In this document: one piece after another, positions 1-6,817 of the stretch | Layout of the letters: each line of letters begins with the position of its first letter | How positions within the stretch are numbered: position 1 is the stretch's first letter | Origin: Candidatus Methanophagaceae archaeon | Lineage (GTDB): Archaea; Halobacteriota; Syntropharchaeia; Alkanophagales; Methanospirareceae | NCBI GenBank assembly: GCA_003194425.1 | Contig: PQXB01000001.1 | Location: 730,444 to 762,443 of the forward strand | Length of the DNA stretch: 32,000 nt | Direction: 5' to 3' | Translations under genes and position numbers: made by a program | The notes under the pieces: model-generated | Databases searched by the model: none | What the model was told of the DNA's origin: nothing | The model's input: the letters and a program-made list of their open reading frames with translations, nothing else

Positions 1-487
1 TCGCGCAGTCCGTAATTCCCTCCTCAACTACCTGCGCACCCAGCGAAATCACCCGCTTCACCCCCAACTCCTTGAAGAAGTCCGCTACCTTGTCGGCGAC
101 TGCGTACTGGTTAAGGGCGTTGTAAGACTGGTAGCCTCGTGTAATTAAAATGTCGTTCTCGCCCGAGCCCGCCGATTCAAGAGCGTAAAATTCCACGCTT
201 GGCAGCCGAGCCAGACCGCCGCGCTCTAACTTCGCACCCACACCGCAGGGCGCGCCAAGGTAAGAGGGACCGTAGTAAGCAGCCGGGAAACCGTAAGAGA
301 AAAGTTCAGCGAAGAGTCGTGGTTTGGGCTGCGTCTTCGCCACTAACTCGTCTACTACAATTCGCCCGACAGACCGCAGTCCCGACGAGCCGACTACCGC
401 CACCGGCTCCTTTAACTTCTCCCTGCCCTCCTCCGCCCCTCTCTTCTCGTCCTGATAATTTATCCACACTCTTCTCGTCGTTCGCAT
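1..487 (-). CDS. PAC2 / proteasome-assembly-chaperone-like (COG2047-type) protein, N-terminal part only; C-terminus lies beyond window start
   Basis: Absent from the ORF track because it runs off the edge. My translation of the minus strand from ATG 487-485 gives MRTTRRVWINYQDEKRGAEEGREKLKEPVAVVGSSGLRSVGRIVVDELV...ENDILITRGYQSYNALNQYAVADKVADFFKELGVKRVISLGAQV, open to position 1. Family assignment is from memory of archaeal PAC2-family sequences. Confidence 0.45.
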   Translation of the reverse strand, partial: MRTTRRVWINYQDEKRGAEEGREKLKEPVAVVGSSGLRSVGRIVVDELVAKTQPKPRLFAELFSYGFPAAYYGPSYLGAPCGVGAKLERGGLARLPSVEFYALESAGSGENDILITRGYQSYNALNQYAVADKVADFFKELGVKRVISLGAQVVEEGITDCA

Positions 488-545
488 TTTCTTAAATCTT
501 AAATTAAATTTTTTTCTTTTTCCCTTTTTCTTTTCTCGCTTAAAA

Positions 546-1847
546 ATGAGTGAAGAAATGTTGAGGTTGTCGCGGCTGTGTTACCAGTGCGGCGAGTGCA
601 CGGCAGCCTGTCCGCTGCGGAGGGTTTCAAGGTTCTCGCCCCGCCGCATTTTGTACGACCTTGCTGCTGCAAATGCAGATGTTTTAAAGACCGACGAGGA
701 CGACGAGAAAGACCTGTGGAACTGTCTGGTCTGCGAGAACTGCTACATAGTTTGTCCGCAGGAAGTTGATTTTCCGGCTCTCGTGCTAAAATTGAGGAGC
801 GAGGAGGGAGGTGCTGCTGCAGGTGCTGCTGCAAGTGCTGCTGTAAGTGCTGCTGCAAGTGCTGTTGCGAGGAAGGAGAGTTTAGCGCACCGCGAGTTCT
901 CGGAAATCGCCAGTTTTATGACCTGCTTTGAGAAGGGCGTGCCGACGGATTTCGGGGTCGGTGGAGAGACGGACGAGGAGAGCGAGTACGGGTACTTCCC
1001 AGGCTGTCTGGATTATTATGACCTGTTCTTTGATCTCGGCGTGAACTACCACGAAATCGGAGACTGCACGGTGCGGCTGCTGAACGCGGTTGGGATAAAG
1101 CCGCGAATTCTGAGTCTGAAGTGCTGCGGGCACGACGCGCTCTTTCAGGGCAACCGCAAAGTCTTTGAGAAACTCGCTGCCTACAACACCCGAAAAATAA
1201 AGGAGTCGGGCATAAAAAAACTCGTTGTGAGCTGTGCCGAGGGTTTCCTGACTTTTAAAAAATATTACGAACTCGCGGCGAGTGGGGGTGCGGAAGGGGC
1301 GGAAGGGGCAGAGGGAGTGGAGGAGGTAGAGAGGGTGAGGGAGGTAGAGAGGGTGGAGGTCTTACACATCTCGGAATTGCTGAGCGAGCGTGGAGAGAAG
1401 CTGAATTTTAAGGCGGGCAAGGAGGGCAGTCGCACCGTAACGGTAGCCTACCACGACCCGTGTGCGTTTAAGCGGTTTGGGTTGTACGAGGCGCCGAGAG
1501 AGGCGTTAAAGAAGGCGGGTGCGGGGGTGAAACTTGTAGAACTGACGCACGCCAAGGAAAACGCGGTCTGTTGCGGCGTTAGCGGAATGATGAACTGCAA
1601 CGACCGGAGCAAAGCACTGCGGGCGTTTAGGCTGGACGAGGCGAGGGCGAAGAAGGTGGACGTGCTGGTGACTACCTGCCCAAAGTGTCTCTCGCATTTT
1701 AGTTGTCTGAAGCGGGAAACCGAGAGGGAGAGGGGGGGCAGGGAGAGGGGGGGGGAGAAGGAGCGAGAGGAGGGGAGAGTGGGCGGTGGCGAGTACGATT
1801 TTGAGGTGCTTGACCTCTCGGTGTTTTTGGGGCGGTTGTTGAAATGA
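546..1847 (+). CDS. HdrD/GlpC/GlcF-like iron-sulfur oxidoreductase (2x[4Fe-4S] ferredoxin domain + two CCG cysteine-rich domains)
   Basis: 433-aa ORF. Motifs: CYQCGECTAACP and CLVCENCYIVCP, then YFPGC...LKCCGHD and YHDPC...AVCCGVSG...TTCPKC. Three low-complexity inserts interrupt it. Confidence 0.75.
   Translation: MSEEMLRLSRLCYQCGECTAACPLRRVSRFSPRRILYDLAAANADVLKTDEDDEKDLWNCLVCENCYIVCPQEVDFPALVLKLRSEEGGAAAGAAASAAVSAAASAVARKESLAHREFSEIASFMTCFEKGVPTDFGVGGETDEESEYGYFPGCLDYYDLFFDLGVNYHEIGDCTVRLLNAVGIKPRILSLKCCGHDALFQGNRKVFEKLAAYNTRKIKESGIKKLVVSCAEGFLTFKKYYELAASGGAEGAEGAEGVEEVERVREVERVEVLHISELLSERGEKLNFKAGKEGSRTVTVAYHDPCAFKRFGLYEAPREALKKAGAGVKLVELTHAKENAVCCGVSGMMNCNDRSKALRAFRLDEARAKKVDVLVTTCPKCLSHFSCLKRETERERGGRERGGEKEREEGRVGGGEYDFEVLDLSVFLGRLLK
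810..869. repeat. 5 x 12-nt in-frame tandem repeat (ggtgctgctgca family) encoding GAAAGAAASAAVSAAASAVA in the HdrD-like protein
   Basis: Units at 810, 822, 834, 846 and 858, read directly. They lie between the ferredoxin and CCG domains. Confidence 0.9.
1290..1358. repeat. 3 x 9-nt (gcggaaggg; AEG) followed by 2 x 18-nt (gaggtagagagggtgagg; EVERVR/EVERVE) in-frame repeats
   Basis: Codon-aligned units at 1290/1299/1308 and at 1323/1341. Confidence 0.85.
1728..1757. repeat. 2 x 15-nt in-frame repeat (gagagggggggcagg / gagaggggggggggag; ERGGR/ERGGE) inside a G/E/R-rich C-terminal insert
   Basis: Codon-aligned copies at 1728 and 1743, within the purine tract of about 1717-1790. Confidence 0.75.
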
Positions 1848-1851
1848 AAAA

Positions 1852-2889
1852 TCACACTCTTAAACAAAAAACCTCAGTTTCGTCCGAAGGCGAGACAAGA
1901 ATTGACCTCCTCTCTTTCTCGCTCCTGTACTCCACCAAAACCCCTTTCCCCTCAGCACCAGCCTCTGCACCCGCGTCCGAATACCTCGCAGTCAGCCGTG
2001 CTGCGAGTTCAACCGCTTCCTCCTCTTCCGACCCGACCAAAAGCGTCGTCGGACTCCCGCAACCCGGAACCTCAAACACAAAATCCCCCGCACTCCTCAA
2101 CCCCGCCAAAACCTTGTTTTCCTCTTCGTTCCGTCCCACGATTATTTTTGACGAGCCAAACCTAAAATGCCTCCCCACCCTCAGCAGCAAAATGTCCCGC
2201 CTCGTCACTTTCCCTCCCCCTTTCCCGTTCTCCCTCTCCCTGTGCTCGAACAAATCCCGAGCCTTCGCTGCGAACTCCTTGTAGGTGAGGAGGCAGCCTC
2301 CTGCGGGAGTCGGGTACTCGTCCCGCCGCAGACCGAACCGCTTCGCAAGTGCAATTTGCGGCTTCCTGCTCTTTCCTTTTATTCCGAGCAGCCCGCTCCT
2401 CTTCACCCACCCCTCGCGCTCTGGAATCGTAGTGGGCAACAGCCTCGCAGAGAGCGGTCTTAAGACCTGCCCTTCCAAGCCTGCCTCCTTCTCCTCAAGC
2501 TCCAACGCTTTCCTGTGCTGACTCATCGGACGCTCGCCGAGAACGTCGCCAGTAAAGACGAAATCCGCACCCACTTCTTCCGACTCCGCCACCCGCTTCG
2601 CCTCTCGCAGCATAAAAATCCGACAGTCAACGCAGGGGTTCAGCCCCGAGCCGTAGCCGTATTTTGGGCTTCTCACGACCTCCAAATATTCTTCGCCCGC
2701 CTCTACCCGAACGAGCGGAATTCCAAGCCTCTCTGCCACCGCACCTGCGTAGTCCTGCTTCTCCTCCGCCGCAGGGGTGAAAGGCAGAATAAAATTCACT
2801 GCCACCACCTCCACGCCCTGCTCCAAAACGAGCCTGGTCGCCAGAATCGAGTCCAAGCCGCCAGACAACAGTCCTAACGCTTTTTTCAT
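1852..2889 (-). CDS. PP-loop ATP pyrophosphatase family protein (ThiI/MnmA-like tRNA sulfurtransferase superfamily, no THUMP domain)
   Basis: 345-aa ORF with N-terminal PP-loop MKKALGLLSGGLDSILATRL and a downstream CVDCR motif. It starts 7 nt after the hemA stop on the same strand. Confidence 0.65.
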   Translation of the reverse strand: MKKALGLLSGGLDSILATRLVLEQGVEVVAVNFILPFTPAAEEKQDYAGAVAERLGIPLVRVEAGEEYLEVVRSPKYGYGSGLNPCVDCRIFMLREAKRVAESEEVGADFVFTGDVLGERPMSQHRKALELEEKEAGLEGQVLRPLSARLLPTTIPEREGWVKRSGLLGIKGKSRKPQIALAKRFGLRRDEYPTPAGGCLLTYKEFAAKARDLFEHRERENGKGGGKVTRRDILLLRVGRHFRFGSSKIIVGRNEEENKVLAGLRSAGDFVFEVPGCGSPTTLLVGSEEEEAVELAARLTARYSDAGAEAGAEGKGVLVEYRSEKERRSILVSPSDETEVFCLRV

Positions 2890-2893
2890 TCAA

Positions 2894-2927
2894 ATTTCAA
2901 AGCCTTCCCAATTTCAAAGCCTTCCCA
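2894..2927. repeat. 2 x 17-nt perfect tandem duplication (atttcaaagccttccca) spanning the hemA stop codon
   Basis: Copies at 2894-2910 and 2911-2927 are identical. The unit length is not a multiple of 3. Confidence 0.9.
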
Positions 2928-4213
2928 AACTCGTCCAACAGAAACTCTACAAAATCACCGTTGCAATTGCTCTCCTCATTCTCATTTCCCCTACCTTTTT
3001 CCCTGCCTTCCCTTTCTTCCCTCTCAACGTACTTCCGCAGCACCAGGGTCGGCGTGTGAAGCGTCTTTGACAAAACAGCGTTCGAGAAAGCCTCTAACAC
3101 CGCGCTCGGGTCTCGCCCTTTTTTGAGAAACTCAATCGCCTTCTTCTTCTCCACCGCCTTTACACGAGAGCCGTGTTCGTAAAGCATCGCGATGACCCGC
3201 TCGACCTCTCTGCGACTCAGAATCTTTTTAAAGACCGCGATCTCCTCCTCAATTATCCTCTCAACTTTGTCAACCTCCGAGAGTCGCCGCTTCAGGTTCT
3301 CGTCGCTTATCTCGTACAAACTGTCCAAATCATACAAATCCACCCCCTCAATCTCGCCGACCCGCTCCTCTACATCTTTCGGGTTCGCGATGTCAATAAT
3401 TAGAAGGTTGTTCTCGTTCCTGCGGTGCTGCATTACGCGCTGCATTGACTCGTAGTCCAGAATAAAATGCGGTGCCGAGGTGGTGGTTATCGCGACATCG
3501 CAGACCGAGAGGCACTTCTCTTTTTCGCAGAGCCTCGCCGCCTTCCCGCCGACCTCCTCTGCGAGCCACTTCGCTCGCTTCTGTGTCCTGTTGGCGACGA
3601 ACATTGCTTTCAAGTTATTCTTCTTCTCCGAAATCGCCCGTGCCACCAGCGTCCCCATTTCGCCTGCTCCGATTACGAGAATGCTTTTTCCTACCAGTCC
3701 GCGAGTAACATATTCTGCAAGTTCGACAGCAGCCGAGCCGATTGAGACCGAGCCCTCGTTTATTTTCGTCTCGCTTCTCGCCCGCTTCGCTACTTTTATC
3801 GCCCGGTCGAACGCCATTTCAAGAAGACCGTCCAGCGTCCCTTTCCTCCTGCCCTCCAAGTAGCACCGTTTAATCTGTCCCAGAATCTGGTCTTCGCCGA
3901 CGATCATTGCCTCAAGCCCGCAGGCGACGCGCATAAGATGCTCGACCGCGTCTCTGCCCACGAAAATCCCGCACTTCTCCATTTTTCCAATTTTCAGCCT
4001 GTCCGCAACCTCCTCCAAGACCTCTCGCGGCTTCTCGGAACTGACGTACGCCTCCACGCGGTTACAAGTCCTCACGACCGCGTAACCGCAGACGCGTGGG
4101 TCTTCTCCAAATATCTCCGCCCCCGTTTCGGGGTTCAACCTCTCTCCAATCTCCTCAAGCTCCTCGACGCTACACTTTTTATGCGAAAACCACAACGAGC
4201 CGATTTTATTCAT
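2897..4213 (-). CDS. hemA: glutamyl-tRNA reductase
   Basis: 438-aa ORF with the catalytic-Cys motif RTCNRVEAY, NADPH-binding VIGAGEMG, and HemA length and order. The start overlaps the sirC stop by 8 nt. It has a low-complexity C-terminal insert (EREEREGREKGRGNENEESNCNG). Confidence 0.9.
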   Translation of the reverse strand: MNKIGSLWFSHKKCSVEELEEIGERLNPETGAEIFGEDPRVCGYAVVRTCNRVEAYVSSEKPREVLEEVADRLKIGKMEKCGIFVGRDAVEHLMRVACGLEAMIVGEDQILGQIKRCYLEGRRKGTLDGLLEMAFDRAIKVAKRARSETKINEGSVSIGSAAVELAEYVTRGLVGKSILVIGAGEMGTLVARAISEKKNNLKAMFVANRTQKRAKWLAEEVGGKAARLCEKEKCLSVCDVAITTTSAPHFILDYESMQRVMQHRRNENNLLIIDIANPKDVEERVGEIEGVDLYDLDSLYEISDENLKRRLSEVDKVERIIEEEIAVFKKILSRREVERVIAMLYEHGSRVKAVEKKKAIEFLKKGRDPSAVLEAFSNAVLSKTLHTPTLVLRKYVEREEREGREKGRGNENEESNCNGDFVEFLLDEFGKALKLGRL

Positions 4214-5033
4214 TTTTCTCCTCCCACCTTCCTACAATTCCAAGAATCTTCCGCTCAACAGCCTCAAAATCAAAAGGCTCTGCGTCGGTGTCAAGAGCAG
4301 CCCAGCACTCAGGCTCGCTCAAAACCCTGTTCAAAATCGCCTGCCTCTTTTTCTCATCTTTTACCGTCTCTTTTAAATGCTGCCTGAGGTGGGACTGAAC
4401 CAAAAGCATTTTCTCCTCTCTCTCTTTCTCCTCTCTCTCGCTCTCGCTCTCGCCGTCGCTCTCGCCGTCGCTCTCGCCGTCGCTCTCGCCCGCGAGCACG
4501 AGCGACGAAATCTTCTCCTTTAGGTGTCTCGCCATTGCAGGACTTTTACCGCCCGTGGAGACCGAGATTAAAAATCCACCCCTGCCCTTCTTCACGACTG
4601 CGGACATAAACGCGTCGCCCTGCTGCTTGTAATTCACGAGCACGCCGAATTTCGACGCTTTTTTAACCTCCTTAAACAAGTGCTCGTTCAGAGCCTCGTC
4701 GTCAGTGCAAATAATCACTAAAAATGCCCCTCTTACAAGCCCGCCCAGCCCTCCCAAATTCAGATTCCGACACGAGTCCCACAAGTTACAGCGAAAACAC
4801 CGAACCTCGCTCTTCTCCTTCTTACACTTCTCCTTCTTACACTTCTCCTTCTTACACCGTTCTTTTATCCAAGCCGTAAAATCAAGGCTGTAAACCTCTA
4901 CATTCAGTTTCCCCCTCTCCGTCTCAGCGTCAGCAGCAGTCTCAAAAATCTGGCGGATTTTCCTCTCCGCAACCTCACCACCGCCGAACACGACTACTTT
5001 TTTGCCTGTAAGATCAATGTAGAGCGGGAGCAT
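4206..5033 (-). CDS. sirC: precorrin-2 dehydrogenase / sirohydrochlorin ferrochelatase (siroheme synthase N-terminal-domain type)
   Basis: 275-aa ORF with Rossmann motif LTGKKVVVFGGGEVAERKI and a later FLVIICTDDEALN. First gene of a minus-strand operon with hemA. Carries two repeat inserts. Confidence 0.7.
   Translation of the reverse strand: MLPLYIDLTGKKVVVFGGGEVAERKIRQIFETAADAETERGKLNVEVYSLDFTAWIKERCKKEKCKKEKCKKEKSEVRCFRCNLWDSCRNLNLGGLGGLVRGAFLVIICTDDEALNEHLFKEVKKASKFGVLVNYKQQGDAFMSAVVKKGRGGFLISVSTGGKSPAMARHLKEKISSLVLAGESDGESDGESDGESESEREEKEREEKMLLVQSHLRQHLKETVKDEKKRQAILNRVLSEPECWAALDTDAEPFDFEAVERKILGIVGRWEEKNE
4447..4490. repeat. about 3.7 x 12-nt in-frame repeat (ctctcgccgtcg on + strand) encoding (GESD)n in SirC
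   Basis: Perfect units at 4447, 4459 and 4471, plus a partial unit at 4483-4490. Confidence 0.9.
4812..4856. repeat. 3 x 15-nt perfect in-frame repeat (cttctccttcttaca on + strand) encoding (CKKEK)3 in SirC
   Basis: Units at 4812, 4827 and 4842 are identical. Codon 60 of sirC starts at 4856. Confidence 0.9.
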
Positions 5034-5059
5034 TTTTTAGAGAATATTTTTCCCGCTAA

Positions 5060-5075
5060 CTTTTAAAGTTTTCGG
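5060..5075 (-). promoter_or_regulatory. BRE/TATA promoter of the sirC-hemA operon
   Basis: The minus strand reads ccgaaaa-ctttaaaag. The TATA edge is 26 nt upstream of the ATG at 5033, which implies a leaderless or near-leaderless mRNA. Confidence 0.5.
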
Positions 5076-5618
5076 TTTTTTCCTGCTCTGTTGAATAATT
5101 CAATGAGGTGATAACTATTTGGGCTTCCCACCTAAATACGCTAGCTTCTTATTTCCTCTTCTCCTCCTGCATTATGCATTCATTTTCATATCAATATCCT
5201 CTCGGTTGGCTGGTTTTATAGCCTTGAAATGTGTTCTTATTTATCCAATCAACTCGCTCAAAATTTAAATTCGGGAGTGAGGAAGGTTTAAACTTTTTAT
5301 AGAGCGAGAACGAGTCGAAAAAGGGCGAGGGCGGCGGAAAATGAGAGGGCAGAAAAGAAGGGAGGAGGGAAAAAGGCGGAGGAAAAATGAGCGAAGAAGG
5401 AAAGGTAAAGGCAAAAGTAAAAGAAAAATAACAGTTTATATTCCAAAAGAGCCAAAGAGGATTGATGAAAGGCGGAGAGGTAAAAAGAGGGAAGAGGAAG
5501 GGAAAGAGGAAGGAGGAAAGGAGGGGGGAGAAGAGAAAGACAATTTCCGTTCCGGTTGATGTTTTTTCAGAGGAAGAGGCGGTGTGATTGCGAGAAAAAT
5601 GAAGAACAAAGAATAAAA

Positions 5619-6809
5619 ATGAGCAAGAGCCGACGGAGACTCGCGGTCGCAGGGACGATTCTGTGTGGCGATGATTTTGAGGTGAGGGAAGGGTGCGTGG
5701 TTGTTGAGGGGGGGAAAATAAAGGAGGTTTGTGAAAGTGGTGAAAGTGGCGAGGGGCGGGCGGAAAGAGAGGGAGAAGTAGAGGGAGAAGTAGTAGCAAA
5801 AGGCATCGTAATTCCCGCGTTCGTCAACGCACACACGCACATCGGCGACTCAGTGGCAAAAGAGCCGGATTTTTTGCCTTTAGAAGCGTTGGTTGGTCCT
5901 GGGGGGCTTAAGCACAAAATATTGGCGAAAACTTCTTACGAGACGCTTGTCGCTGCGATGAAAGAGACCGTTGAGGATATTTTTGCTACGGGGACGCAGT
6001 TGTTTGCGGACTTCCGAGAAGGCGGTCTCGCGGGCGTTAAGGCTCTTAAAGACGCTCTTGCTGGCGGGCGGCTGCGTGTGAAAATATTTGGCAGACCTGC
6101 TGGAGAGGGAAAAGAGAGTGGAGAGGGAAAAGAGAGTGGTGAGGGAAAAGAGAGAGAAGAAGACCTAAACAGGCTTCTTGAGGCAGTGGACGGAGTGGGC
6201 GTGAGCAGCGTCGCAGACTGTCCGCTGGGGGAGTTGGAACTTTTGGCGGAGGCTGCGAGAGAGAGAGGAAAAATGTTCGCACTTCACGCCGGCGAGCGGA
6301 ACGCTGCGGACATAAAAGGAGCGTTAGAACTCGAGCCCGACTTCCTCGTGCACCTCACGAAAGCCGAACCCCAGGACTTCAGGAGAATGCAGGACAGGGG
6401 CGTGGCTGCCGTCGTCTGCGTTAGGTCGAACTTGGTGACAGAGGCAGGACTGCCGCCCCTACCGCAAATGCTTGAAGCAGGCTTGACCGTTGGTCTCGGC
6501 ACCGACAATGTAATGCTCAACTCGCCTAATCTCTTCTCTGAGATGGAGTTCGTCTCGAAGATTTTTCGGCTCGACGCACGGGAAGTGCTGAAAATGAGCA
6601 CGCTTGGGTCTGCAAAGGTTTTGGGCGAGGAGAAGTTCGTTGGCTCGATTGAGGCGGGGAAGAGGGCGAATTTAGTGGTGGTTCGAGACGACACACCAAA
6701 TATGCGGGGCGTGCGGGTGCGGGACGCGGTAAAAGGAGTAGTGCGAAGGGCGACACGAAACGACATTGCGGCGGTGATTTACGAAGGCGAAGTTGTTAGC
6801 AAGATTTAG
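5619..6809 (+). CDS. amidohydrolase-superfamily protein (chlorohydrolase / nucleobase-deaminase-like subgroup)
   Basis: The track ORF is 5556..6809. I prefer the ATG at 5619 (MSKSRRRLAVAGTIL) because the 21 upstream codons lie in GA-rich low complexity. Contains the metal-binding HxH motif PAFVNAHTHIGDS, then FALHAGE and GLGTDN. Confidence 0.75.
   Translation: MSKSRRRLAVAGTILCGDDFEVREGCVVVEGGKIKEVCESGESGEGRAEREGEVEGEVVAKGIVIPAFVNAHTHIGDSVAKEPDFLPLEALVGPGGLKHKILAKTSYETLVAAMKETVEDIFATGTQLFADFREGGLAGVKALKDALAGGRLRVKIFGRPAGEGKESGEGKESGEGKEREEDLNRLLEAVDGVGVSSVADCPLGELELLAEAARERGKMFALHAGERNAADIKGALELEPDFLVHLTKAEPQDFRRMQDRGVAAVVCVRSNLVTEAGLPPLPQMLEAGLTVGLGTDNVMLNSPNLFSEMEFVSKIFRLDAREVLKMSTLGSAKVLGEEKFVGSIEAGKRANLVVVRDDTPNMRGVRVRDAVKGVVRRATRNDIAAVIYEGEVVSKI
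5769..5792. repeat. 2 x 12-nt in-frame repeat (gagggagaagta; EGEV)
   Basis: Identical copies at 5769 and 5781. An adjacent 2 x 9-nt repeat (gtgaaagtg) lies at 5731-5748. Confidence 0.85.
6102..6155. repeat. 3 x 18-nt in-frame repeat (ggagagggaaaagagagt; GEGKES) in the amidohydrolase
   Basis: Copies at 6102 and 6120 are identical. The third copy at 6138 has 2 changes. Confidence 0.9.
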
Positions 6810-6817
6810 GAGAAAAT

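Noticed and set aside
199-495. ORF 199..495 (+), 98 aa
   Set aside because: It is Pro/Arg/Ser-rich and lies antisense to a better minus-strand reading frame (1..487) that starts at an ATG and resembles PAC2-family proteins.
5034-5300. C/D-box or H/ACA sRNA in the long intergenic regions (also 23698-23849 and 21050-21184)
   Set aside because: I looked for RUGAUGA...CUGA pairs and ACA-tailed hairpins on both strands. I found only a poor C-box-like gtgataa at about 5108, with no D box at the right distance.
5191-5917. Minus-strand ORFs 5191..5799, 5436..5840 and 5567..5917
   Set aside because: They are translations of the pyrimidine-rich complement of the GA tract and of the amidohydrolase 5' end. 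They are pure Pro/Ser/Phe/Leu low complexity with no start context.
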